Shown piece after piece: positions 1 through 10,700 of a DNA stretch of 64,000 nucleotides (its first letter is position 1; the number at the start of each line of letters is the position of its first letter). A model generated the notes under the pieces. The model was not told the origin of the DNA. It did not search any database and saw only the letters and a list, made by a program, of their open reading frames with translations. The stretch comes from Chrysemys picta bellii. Taxonomy: Eukaryota. A program made the translations under genes and the position numbers. The stretch is from contig NC_088814.1 of assembly GCF_011386835.1 (NCBI RefSeq), positions 5,456,001 through 5,520,000 on the forward strand. Direction: 5' to 3'.

Positions 1-435
1 GCAATTAATTGATCTTTGACTATTAGCAGTAAATATGCCCAGTGGTCTGTGATGGGATGTTAGATGGGATGGGATCTGAGTTACTACAGAGAATTCTTTC
101 CTGGGTGCTGGCTGGTGAGTCTTGCCCACATGCTCAGGGTTTAGCTGATCGCCATATTTGGGGTCGGGAAGGAATTTTCCTCCAGGGCAGATTGGCAGAG
201 GCCCTGGAGGTTTTTCGCCTTCCTCTGCAGCGTGGGGCAGGCACAGGTCACTTGCTGGCGGATTCTCTGCACCTTGAGGTCTTTAAACCACGATTTGAGG
301 ACTTCAATAACTCAGGCATAGGTTAGGGGTTTGTTACAGGAGTGGGTGGGTGGGTGAGATTCTGTGGCCTGCGTTGTGCAGGAGGTCAGACTAGATGATC
401 ATAATGGTCCCTTCTGACCTTAAAGTCTATGAGTC
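1..435 (+). mobile_element. CR1 LINE 3' UTR fragment (cut by window start)
   Basis: Nearly identical to 16549-16970, which follows a CR1 ORF2 C-terminus; ends in a CR1-type CTATGA tail. Confidence 0.85.
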
Positions 436-779
436 GCAGCGCCACGAGGCAGTGGGGCTGGTGGGGGCAGCACACGCAGCTGCCACAGCACAGACCCCAC
501 AGGCATGAGACAGCCAGAGATGGAGCGTGAGTCCGGGTCAGAGAGCGGAAAGCCCCCCCCCCAAGCTGAGCTCCGAGGACAAGGCGGTGGTGGCAGGGCT
601 GATTCAGGTTTGTGGGGAAGCGTTGGGCTGGGGTCAAATCTGAAAACGACTTGGTGTGCGAGTGGCATGCAGGTTGGGCTTTAAAATTAGTCCCAAGAGG
701 CTCTTGTACCAGGGAACACCTCAGGGAGTGGCATAGATGATCCAGGAGGGGGCGCTCTCTGAGCCGGTGCTGACCCTAG

Positions 780-1239
780 TGTGGTGAAGTAAAAAAGAAG
801 TGGGCAGCATTATCTCCTGCAAATTGTAACCAAACTTGTTTGTCTGAGTGATTGGCTGAACAAGAAGTAGGACTGAGTTGACTTGTAGGCTCTAAAGTTT
901 TACATTGTTTTATTTTTGAATGCAGGGGTTTTTTGTACATAATTCTAACATTTGTAAGTTCAACTTTCATGATAAAGAGATTGCACTCCAGTACTTGTTT
1001 TAGGTGAATTGAAAAATACTATTTCTTTTGCCTTTTACAGTGCAAATCAAAAATAAATACAAAGTGAGCACTTTACACGTTGTATTCTGTGCTGTAATTG
1101 AAATCAATATATTTGAAAATGTAGAAAACATCCAAAAATATTTAAATAAATGGAATTCTATATTTGTTTAACAGTGCGATTAATCGCGATTAATTTTTTA
1201 AATCGTGCGATTATTTTTTTTAATCGCTTGACAGCCCTA
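780..1239 (-). mobile_element. Truncated non-autonomous DNA transposon (hAT-like)
   Basis: Minus-strand terminus TAGGGCTGTCAAGCGATTAAAAA with subterminal TTAATCGCGATTAA palindromes; AT-rich body. Confidence 0.6.
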
Positions 1240-1749
1240 ATTATTAACCTATAATCATGAATATTTGATTTGTGTGGTACCCAAAGGCATAGTAGGTGCT
1301 TCAGACAGATTGTATTTTGAGGTCAGGGCCATCCAATGAGCTAGATTGTACCTTTAGTGAATTGTATGGGCCCCTATGTTCTCTTTAAATTGTTGTAAGA
1401 ATGCCCAGAGCAATCAAATGGGCCCTTATTATTATAAAGAGAAAGGAAGAAAGAGAGAACAAATGCATGGAATATGTTTTTCCTGTGTTTTCAAACTCTG
1501 GCCAGACCATCTGGTTGGCAAATATCACTCTGCCACATAGGACCGAGTGAGTACTGCAGGAACCCTGAGAACTGATTTGCAAATTCAGAAGCATTTGATG
1601 CCCCCTGGAGTTTCAGAATGACCTCTTCAGCCGGCTTCCGCAGATATCAGTTTTCAAGAGCCTCCACCCAGTCCTGCTAGATTCCACACAAGGGATAATG
1701 GTAAATCAGGTCTAGTTGCATGTAAACAGTAGCCTCTGTCTGTACTCTG

Positions 1750-1971
1750 ATTTCAGAGTGGTAGCCGTGTTAGTCTGTATCCACAAAAACAGCAAGGAGT
1801 CCGGTGACACCTTAAAGACTAACAGATTTATTTGGGCATAAACTTTCGTGGGTAAAAAACCTCACTTCTTCAGATGCCCCATCTGAAGAAGTGAGGTTTT
1901 TTACCCACAAAAGCTTATGCCCAAATAAATCTGTTAGTCTTTAAGGTGCCACCGGACCCCTTGCTGTTTTT
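1750..1971. mobile_element. Penelope-like element end in inverted arrangement (arms 1785-1876 / 1880-1971)
   Basis: The two arms are reverse complements with few mismatches; sequence TTTCAGAGTGGTAGCCGTGTTAGTC...GACTAACAGATTTATTTGGGCAT resembles turtle PLE termini. Confidence 0.75.
1834..1880 (-). ncRNA. Minimal hammerhead ribozyme motif of the PLE type (probably degenerate)
   Basis: Minus strand reads GGGCAU-CUGAAGA-(A)GUGAGG UUUUUUA CCCAC-GAAA-GUUU-AUGCCC: stem I, CUGANGA core, stem II, GAAA; helix III reduced to a near-palindrome. Confidence 0.55.
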
Positions 1972-2644
1972 AAACAGGAGTTGAGCTCTTTTGAAAATCT
2001 GTTTCCAGTCTTGCGTGCTGGACATTTGACAATCTTGCTCTTTTGATGATTTGGCCTCAAGAATAGAGCCAGGAACAAGGCAAGGGATTCTAAAAAGCAG
2101 AGCTCTATCATTTAAATTGCATGTTCCCTTAACCTCCTTTTCCTTGCCTGCTTGCTCTTGGATTGTGAGTTCCTGGCAGCAAGGACAGCGCCTGAGTATT
2201 TGAATAGCCCCTAGCACTGTAATATGTGATACAGTTCATAATAATATGTAAAAGGAATTAATTAATTAGGTATTAATATGTAACTTCCTTCATCACACAG
2301 GATCCCACAGCACTTTCCGTACAGGAAGGCAATGAAATGCAACCACTTCTGTGGTGGAACGGGGCAGCTGATCACATCAGTTTCCAAAAAAAGTGGCTGT
2401 TGATTAATGTGTCTCTGATGTTGCAGAGGTGCTGAGCGCCCACAAAGCCAGTTAGAAATTCGGAGCTCGGGGAGCTCCACACCTCTGACACTCCAGAGCT
2501 GGGCACCCAACAACTGCAGCCAATTTGGAACAAGTTATGTACATATGGAGGAGTGGAGGCCCAGCACTGAAATGCAACCACCTCTGAAGTGGAACAGCTG
2601 TCACTGTTACTAACCTTCCAGAATTCACAGGCCAGCTGATTTAG

Positions 2645-3115
2645 AGGAGCCAATAGGAGGGTGAGCTGGACCGTCTGGATTTTTGATTGGCTGTGATACA
2701 TATCAATCATCGTCTGTAGTGACCAATCGCATAACTCTACCGAAAAAAATCCCGCCTATTTTTAGTGTACTTCTCCCCTCCGTTCACTTGTCAATCAATT
2801 ACCAGTGGGCGATAGTTTGGTCTCCCGTCTATTGGTAAGCCGCACCGTCAATCAGAAATCGGTCTTTCTATTGGTCGTCCGCATCCGTCCGTCATTCTCA
2901 AATCAGCCGCCCATTGGTGCAGCCGGCACTCCATCACTGGGTTCGCTTGATCGGCGGAGACGCCAATCAGGCGTTAGTGGCATTTGATTGGTTAGTGCAA
3001 GTGTGTCAGTGCTCCCATTGGCCAGGAAACGTGCTGGTCGGGTGGGGATTGGCCGTACGGCAGCCGAGGGGGCGGGGCATTCAGGGCGGCGCCCGGGCGG
3101 CCGAGGAGGAGGAAG
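2645..3115 (+). promoter_or_regulatory. SP2: SP2 CpG-island promoter with 10 CCAAT/ATTGG boxes
   Basis: Boxes at 2650, 2686, 2723, 2831, 2870, 2913, 2963, 2987, 3017, 3048; GC box near 3070; CpG-rich to about 3480. Confidence 0.8.
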
Positions 3116-3123
3116 ATGGCGCC
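3060..3123 (+). other. SP2: SP2 first exon (5' boundary uncertain) containing an upstream AUG at 3116
   Basis: GGAAGATGGCGCC followed by the donor-like GTGAGG at 3124, inside the CpG island; alternative weak donor GTCGGA at 3132. Confidence 0.55.
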
Positions 3124-3482
3124 GTGAGGGGGTCGGAGCCGCCGCCGCCTCCGCTCCAGCCGGGTCTGTGCACTTCGCTCCCCCCCGCCCGGGGCGCGGG
3201 GGCCGGGCGGGCGGGGCACGGGGGCTCCCGCCCCGGGGCCCGAGAACGGGGGCAGGTCGCGGGGGAGGGGCCGGCCCGGGGCCCCGGCAGCGGGGCGGGA
3301 GGGCGGGAGCGAGCGGCGCCGACCCGGGTGGAACGGGGACCCGGAAGGGGGCGTGGGGCCCTGCTCCGCCCTCCCCGGGCTACGGGCGGGCGGCGCTTCC
3401 GGGGCCCGGGAGGAGGCGGGACGGGCGGGGATAACCCGCCTCCCCGGGGACCCGCAGCTCTTGCTGCGCCGGAGTCTCGGGG

Positions 3483-4460
3483 GGGACTTGCAGGGTCCCC
3501 GGTGCATTGGGGGCGCTCGGGATGGGCAGGGGGGAGGGAGGTTTGCAGGGTCCCCGGTGCATTGGGGGGCGCCAGGGATGGCGGGGGGGGAGGGAGGTTT
3601 GCACGGTCCCCCGGTGCATTGGGGGGCGCCACGGATGGGCAGGGGGGAGGGAGGTTTGCAGGGTCCCCGGTGCATTGGGGGGCGCCAGGGATGGGCGGGG
3701 GGAGGGAGGTTTGCAGGGTCCCCGGTGCATTGGGGGGCGCCAGGGATGGGCAGGGGGGAGGGAGGTTTGCAGGGTCCCCGGTGCATTGGGGGGCGCCAGG
3801 GATGGCGGGGGGGGAGGGAGGTTTGCACGGTCCCCCGGTGCATTGGGGGGCGCCACGGATGGGCAGGGGGGAGGGAGGTTTGCAGGGTCCCCGGTGCATT
3901 GGGGGGCGCCAGGGATGGGCGGGGGGAGGGAGGTTTGCAGGGTCCCCGGTGCATTGGGGGGCCCCAGGGATGGGCAGGGGGGAGGGAGGTTTGCAGGGTC
4001 CCCGGTGCATTGTGGGCGCCAGGGATGGGCAGGGGGGAGGGAGGTTTGCAGGGTCCCCGGTGCATTGGGGGCGCCAGGGATGGGCAGGGAGGAGGGAGGT
4101 TTGCATGGTCCCCCGGTGCATTGGGGGGCGCCAGGGATGGGCAGGGGGGAAGGAGGTTTGCAGGGTCCCCGGTGCATTGGGGGCACCAGGGATGGGCAGG
4201 GGGGAGGGAGGTTTGCACGGTCCCCCGGTGCATTGAGGGGCGCTAGGGATGGGCAGGAGGTTTGCATAGTCCCTTACTGCGTTGGGGTGAGCATAGGGGA
4301 TGGCATGGGGGGGGTTGTATGGTCCCCCGGTGCATTGGGCTGGACATTGGAGGGGCACTAGGGGTGGGCAGGGAGACTTGTGTGGTGGCTAGGGTGAGGG
4401 ACACTGGGATTGAGGGGTGTGGAGGTTTGCATGGGCCCGAGTGCATTGAGGTGGGTGTGG
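3483..4460 (+). repeat. G-rich minisatellite, about 56-bp unit, 14 near-perfect copies to about 4260 then degenerate
   Basis: Unit GGGGGGAGGGAGGTTTGCAGGGTCCCCGGTGCATTGGGGGGCGCCAGGGATGGGCAG; CCGGTGCATT recurs from about 3499 to 4224 at about 56-bp spacing. Confidence 0.95.
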
Positions 4461-5569
4461 AGGACACTTTGTGCAGCACCTTGGGGAAGGGGATGAGCTG
4501 CCCGGAGATGGGAATGGTGCATGGAGGGGATTAACTGGGTATCTGCTGCCCTACAGTACATGGGGTGACACTGACGGGGTTAGCAGAGGTGTGTGGGGAT
4601 ACAGGGATCCTTGGTCCCTGGGTCTTGGAGCTGGAGAACCTCACCTGCATGGGATGCTTTGGGAGCCACAGGATGCAGCAGGACTGATGCTGATGGAAGT
4701 CTCTGCAGGGCCTGATCACCCTCTCATTCCCTGATGCTGATGGAGTCCCAAGGGCTCCATGTAATGTGTTGTTTACTATCAAGCAGTTAAAATATCCACA
4801 CCCTCCATATGTTTCCTACTGTCTTTATAGGGAGGCTGTGAAGTACGGGTTTAGAGACCAGAGTCTGGGACCAAGTGACTCAAAACAATATCTTGGGGAT
4901 TAGGACTATGTTAAGTCTAAATTATAAGAGTGTGAGCGCCCTGGGAGCCAGTCATCTGTATACCATGACATATATATTGTCAAAGCACCAGTAGCCACCT
5001 GTAGTACTTTGTCCATGTTAGCACTTCCACTGTTACAGTACTATGAAGCTGAAATGGTGGGTGATTTCCCTAAAAAGTCTGAGGACAAAGCCATACAGCA
5101 GACTCCGGTGTAGCAAAGTAAAATGTAAGTCTTGTGTTGTCTCAGTGCATCCTGATGTGCTGGTTGCAAATTTGGGTATAGTGAAAACTTTTTTCTTTGA
5201 GGGAAAAGACAGCATTAAAGAATCAGAATTGCTGATGAAGAATTGATTGATGAAGAAACTCCAGAACTAACATATTGAAGTTTTGGTGCTAGAGGATCAC
5301 TCAGGTTAAACATCATATCTTAAAAACAGTTTGCCTTAGTGATAAACACTTAAGAATATTAAAGGGGTGCTGTTAAGTTGAAATTGACACATTTAAAAAC
5401 AAATTTTTTTTTGGCTAGAGATCACCCTTTGAATTACTGAAAATAAATGTTATATAAATAAAATTTTCAGTTCCCTTGTGGATGTTGATAAGGGTCTTAT
5501 TACTTATTCTTTAGTGCCAATTATACTAATTTATATCTAGCAATAAGAAATAAGGCACACATTTTACGG

Positions 5570-5795
5570 GGAGGATAATTAACCACTTGAGCAACTTATC
5601 TATGGATGCAGTTGAGTTTCTATCACTTCAGATTTTTAATAAATCAGGATTGGATTCTCTCTCTCTCAGACGTATGCTCTAGTTCATCCAGAAGTTATGG
5701 CTTGGTGTGGAAACCATTTGGTGAAATTCTCTGCTCTGTGTTGTGCAGGGGGTCAGCCTAAATGATCGCAGCGGTCTCTTCTGGCCCGAAATTCA
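5570..5795 (+). mobile_element. Old CR1-like 3' fragment
   Basis: Diverged similarity to the CR1 3' end (GTGTTGTGCAGGGGGTCAG...ATGATC) seen at 370-420. Confidence 0.45.
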
Positions 5796-5831
5796 TAACA
5801 TTTGTTTCTCCTTTGCCAGCTGCTTCGACAT

Positions 5832-6434
5832 CAGTGGTTCTCAACCTTTCCAGACTATTGTACCCCTTTCTAGAGTCTGATTTGTCTTGAGTACCCCCCA
5901 AGTTTCATCTCACTTAAAAACGACTTGTTTACAAAATCAGACATAAAAATACAAAAATGTCACAGCCAATAGTACTGAAAAATTGCTGACTTTCTCATTT
6001 TTGCCATATAATTATAAAATAAATCAATTTAAATATAAAATGGTACTTACATTTCAGGGTATACTATATAGAGCAGTATAAACAAGTCATTGTATGACAT
6101 TTTAGTTTGTACTAAGGGGGAGGGATAGCTCAGTGGTTTGAGCATTGGCCTGCTAAACCCAGGGTTATGAGTTCAATCCTTGAGGGGGCCATTTCAGGAT
6201 CTGGGGCAAAAATATTGGTCCTGCTAGTGAAGGCAGGGGACCGGACTTGATGGCTTTTCAAGGTCCCTTCCAGTTCTATGAGATAGGTATATCTCCATAT
6301 ATATGTACTGACTTCGCTAGGGCTTTCATGTAGCCTGTTGTAAAACTAGGCAAATATCTTGATGAGTTGATGTACCCCCTGGAAGATCTCTGAATACCTC
6401 CAGGAGTATGTGTACCCCTGATTGAGAACCACTG
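5832..6434. mobile_element. hAT-type MITE carrying a nested SINE
   Basis: Terminal inverted repeats CAGTGGTTCTCAA (5832) and TTGAGAACCACTG (6434). Confidence 0.8.
6116..6303 (+). mobile_element. Tortoise-type tRNA-derived SINE with CR1-derived tail
   Basis: Head GGGGGAGGGATAGCTCAGTGGTTTGAGCATTGGCCTGCTAAACCCAGGGTT with A/B-box-like motifs; tail AGGTCCCTTCCAGTTCTATGA; TGTACT on both flanks (6108, 6304). Confidence 0.85.
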
Positions 6435-7080
6435 CTCTACAGGGTAGCAGTGAAACCATCTAAACACACAGTGCTTGCCAATCCACAGAGTAAACACACT
6501 GAAAAAATACATTTTCTGTAACTTCTTTTAGGCTGTGCCTACACTTAAAATGCTACAACAGCACAACTGCAGTGGTGCCGCTATAGCGCTTCAGTGTAAA
6601 CGCTCGCCACGGCAACAGGAGGGGTTCTCGTGTTGCTGTAGGTAATCCACCTGCCCAAAAGGCAGTAGCTAGATTGACAGAAGAATTCTTCTGTTGAACT
6701 AGCGCTGTCTACGCTGGGGGTTAAGTCGGTTTATTACGCCTCTCAGGGGTGTATGGGTATCATCACAAGCTAATAAGAATGGCCATACTGGGTCAGACCA
6801 AAGGTCCGTCTAATCATCTCAAACAATTTTACTAAGATCCATTTTTTCTCCATTAGCCTTACATTTTGGACCTAATCTATCTGGCAGTCCTATTAAATGT
6901 AGAACCAGAGCTCTGCTCACCTACCCAATGTGCAGCTCCAAGCATCTTGTTGACACTAAACAAATAATAAATAACCATTGTGAAGAATATAAAAACAAAA
7001 TTTCTCCCTTGTCTGACTTATGGTTTTAGTAATTATTTTTAAGTTTCCTGACTCTGCTGTCTGACTGCAGTAAACATATA

Positions 7081-7275
7081 CAAGTCTACCCCGATATAAC
7101 GCTGTCCTTGGGATCAAAAAATCTTACCGCGTTATAGGTGAAACTGCGTTATATCGAGCTTGCTTTGATCCACCGGAGTGCGCAGCCCTGCCCCCTCCCC
7201 GCCCCGGAGCACTGCTTTACCGCGTTATATCAGAATTCGTGTTCTATCGGGTTGCGTTATATCGGGGTAGAGGTG
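7081..7275. mobile_element. Tc1/mariner (Tigger-like) MITE
   Basis: TIRs CAAGTCTACCCCGATATAACGC / GCGTTATATCGGGGTAGAGGTG flanked by TA on both sides. Confidence 0.8.
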
Positions 7276-7529
7276 TATTTCTAATCCTCTGCAAAAGAGG
7301 AAGCTTCTGTCCCCATCATTCAGTCGGTTTAACATCTTATTCTTTTTTAGACCTGTCCCCACTAAGAACAGGGCCATGTTACCTAAAGCTGTGATTTGGT
7401 GAGGTCAGCTGTAGCCACATGTACAAAGGCTGCTTTTGGCTAGGTAGGATGTTCCTTTGTGTTTTTTATTTCCAGTGTAGTTTCTTTCATATGTGAGCTC
7501 CAGGCATGCAATGTGATCCATATGGGTGG

Positions 7530-7745
7530 GAAGGATGGTTCAGTGGTTAGGGGGCAAGCCTGGAAATTGAGAAATTAAGTCCCTGCTCCACTATAGACTT
7601 GCAACCTCGGGCAAGTCACTTGGCCTTGCTGTGCCTCAGTTTCCCGTATGTAAAATGGGCCAATACGTTCCTACCTCACGGGGGTGTTGTGAGACTAAAT
7701 ACGTTAAAGATTGTGAGGCACTTGGATCCTACAGTAATGTAGATA
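7530..7745 (+). mobile_element. MIR/CORE-like SINE
   Basis: CORE-like GGCAAGTCACTT...TGTGCCTCAGTTTCCC.TATGTAAAATGGG. Related pieces lie near 12490-12680, 13315-13515, 26165-26270, 31235-31345, 34810-34905, 42745-43000, 48770-48905, 53385-53530, 54290-54420 and 63700-63855. Confidence 0.6.
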
Positions 7746-10700
7746 GATAGCCCTTTTACACCTGCGCAGTCTTCATATCTGTGTAGGAGACTGCCTGCGT
7801 AGACCAGATTGCAGGACTTGGAAACACGTTCTGCCGCTTGTGGTACTGAGTATCGATAGGTGTCTTATGTAAGTATTTGCATAGGCTCTTTATACTGAGA
7901 AGGAAGTTGTAGATACAAAGGAAAATTTCCTGATGGCAGAGCCTCAATGAAAGGGGCTAATTATCATTAGGGGAAAAAAAAACCCCAAACCACTCTTCCC
8001 TTTATCTCTTTTGTAGAATGTTGAAGATAATGGCAGAGTTTCAAACAATTAAGTCTTGTGACAAGTGAAGGCGTTGCCTCTCAGAAAACCTACCAATCGT
8101 GCTGGTGTGAATGTTCCAGCTGGCTTCTAACAGGCGTTACTACTGGCTGGAAATGGGTTCTCATTGCCTGGCGCGATTGGTAAGTTTTCTCGTTCTTGTT
8201 CTACAGCTTGATTGCTCAGATTGCAGTCCTGTGGAGTTTTTAAATGCATCCTAAACTAATGAAGAGAGCTGTTTAGCCTGCATGCTTAAAGACTCGGTCC
8301 CTAGACAGTTAGCTAGCATGCACATATCCCTGTTTGTGTATCCTAGGGCAGGAACAAGTCCTAATTGTATTTGCTCAGATAACTTGATAAAAGAAACAAC
8401 TCTTCAGCCAGCAGTCTTCAAGGTATCTTTGTTTCATCATCCTCTCAGAAGGCAAGGGAGTAGGAGAACATCAGATGGTGTGAGATTCATGGTTCAGACC
8501 GGACTTACCTGGTGATATATTTTTTTGCACACAACTGTGCCTGTGGCAAGCAGAGAGCCAAAGTACAGTGGGAATGGGGTAGACAGAGCGCTCTTTGACA
8601 GGTTGAAGGGGTGTTCTGTTCCGTTTGGCACACTGGACTGTAGTTGTGAGTTTACAGAAGGGCAAAGTGACTCTGAATTGTTCAGTGACTTTTTGGTGAA
8701 TAAGTGAGTAGCTCACAGCAAACTGCTGTTAGATGATGACAAATGGTGATCATTTGCCAAGGAGGAACTTCTCCTGCCTCTCGTAAAGGTCTGTAGCCCC
8801 AAAGACAGGCTTGGAAACATTTACTCTGGTAAATTCTGGTTCTGTCCCCAAATCTGAATTGGACGGAGAGATGGGCTCCTGGAAGTTGTGTTTAAGTAGC
8901 CCATTGGTCTTACCATGCTGTAAATGGATTTGCACTCCACTGCCTTTTCAAAATGTCAAACTGTCACCAGGGGACGTTGGGAGGAAATGTTTGGGTGACA
9001 GATTAACACTGGGTTCAAACAGCAAACACTGAGAGATGACTTCTCTCTCCACATTTATCCTCCTAACTGATTTATAAAGGTTAATGAGCCCCCCCACCCC
9101 CACACACTCCCTTAATGTGTTTAATTTTTTTGGCCTGGCTTAATGTCATTCATGTGCCATCCAAGAAGTTAATCCATAGCAGTTCCTGCTTTTGCTGAAA
9201 GGGAGGGGTGCAGTCATTTAGGAGTTCAAGCCCCTGGTTTTCTGGGAAGAATGTGTCCTTTTATCAAAGGCCATCTAGCTGGGCACAAACATCTGATGCT
9301 TCGGTGGCTGAGAGGTTACCACAGAGAGTGGCTTGAAGGAATGGATGCCCTTCTATCAGAGCTGGTGCAAATAATTTCCGTCTGATGATGTCCCAGGCTC
9401 TGGGAATCTCTAAACTGACTCTCTCTGAGGATTTATGCACTTGGCCATAGCAGGATGTGAAAGAGCCTTTGTGTAGCTTTGGGAGAAGCCTGGAGTCTCT
9501 CCTTACTCAGTGTTGAACTGTCTGCTTTTGGGAAGTGGACTCCTTGGTGACTTGGCTTGGAGCCCGCCAGCTCAGTTTCCGTGCTACTCTCTGTTTGGGG
9601 AAAGGTTCGGCATTGCTCACAGAGAAGTTTTCTCTCTCTGCTGACCAACAATAGTCAGTAACATGCAGGGCAGTCAAAACAGCAAACAGGAGAATGAGAG
9701 CATAGGACATTGACGTTACTAAGTGTTCTGGGTTTAATTGCATCTGAAATATATAAATAGCCTTTCTCCTAGCCCTGAGCTGTATTAAGATCAGATGACT
9801 GGCTCCTGTGGTGAGTAAAGTGTAGACACACACTGATTCCTAGAGTTGCTCCTTAAACTGATATAACATACTGTGCCGCTTGATTTGATTAATTCAGTAG
9901 GTCTCTCCATTGACCTACCTGTAAGAAGTATTGTAGTAATTCTGTTATATTTACTATTTATTATTTATATCGTGGTTGCCTGTAGGAGCCCCAGTCACTG
10001 ACCATGGCCCTATGGTGCTAGGCACTGTACAGACACAGAACAAACAGAGGCTCCTGCCCCAAACAGCTTGTGATCTAAAGATAAGACATGAGACAACAGG
10101 TGGATACCGACAGATGGAGGAGCATAAGGAAACAATAAGACAGTACTGGTCAGCACACCAGCTGCCTAACCGTTGTCAAGTTTTTTAGAGGCATCATGGC
10201 CCAGGAGAGTTTGAAGGAGGTCATGGGGGTGGCTTCGCAGATGGTTACAGAGATCCTCCATCCATACGTGAGAGGCAGTGTGGAAGAAAGTACTATCGAG
10301 CACTATTCAAGAACTATCCACCTGGTCTGAATCACCGGCGATGTAGTCAAATCTTCTTGTACCTGGTGGGAAATAGCCCCAGGGTTCACACTCCTGGCAT
10401 GTCAAGACTGTGTTCCTTTCCTCCCCTCTTTTCATAGGCTGAGGCAGACTCAGCTGTTGTGTGCCATGTGTCTCCTATTGTATAGAGACCATGCCTCCCA
10501 TTCTGTTTCTCTCCCATTGTGGTGTCTTCCCTCACACTGTTGCTTAGGGTGTTGGGTGGTGTGGATACTGCATCCTTGATTTGACGGTTGTGGCTCATGG
10601 GGAGCGCAGGGTGCGTGGGTACCGTACATCTCCCCAGGGTTGGTAGCTGAAGCTAGAGAGCCGAACTGCAGTACAACCTGTCTCCCCATTCTGAGATCAT

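Noticed and set aside
3483-4260. CRISPR-like repeat array
   Set aside because: Units are contiguous with no unique spacers, there are no cas genes, and the context is a eukaryotic intron.
2914-4361. Overlapping 284-440 aa ORFs on both strands
   Set aside because: They translate the stop-poor 56-bp VNTR and CpG island into periodic Gly/Pro text with no domain.
6116-6190. tRNA-like sequences at 6116, 26278, 44848 and about 46250
   Set aside because: These are SINE heads: followed by SINE bodies and CR1 tails (46250 is a diverged head only), and none forms a convincing cloverleaf.
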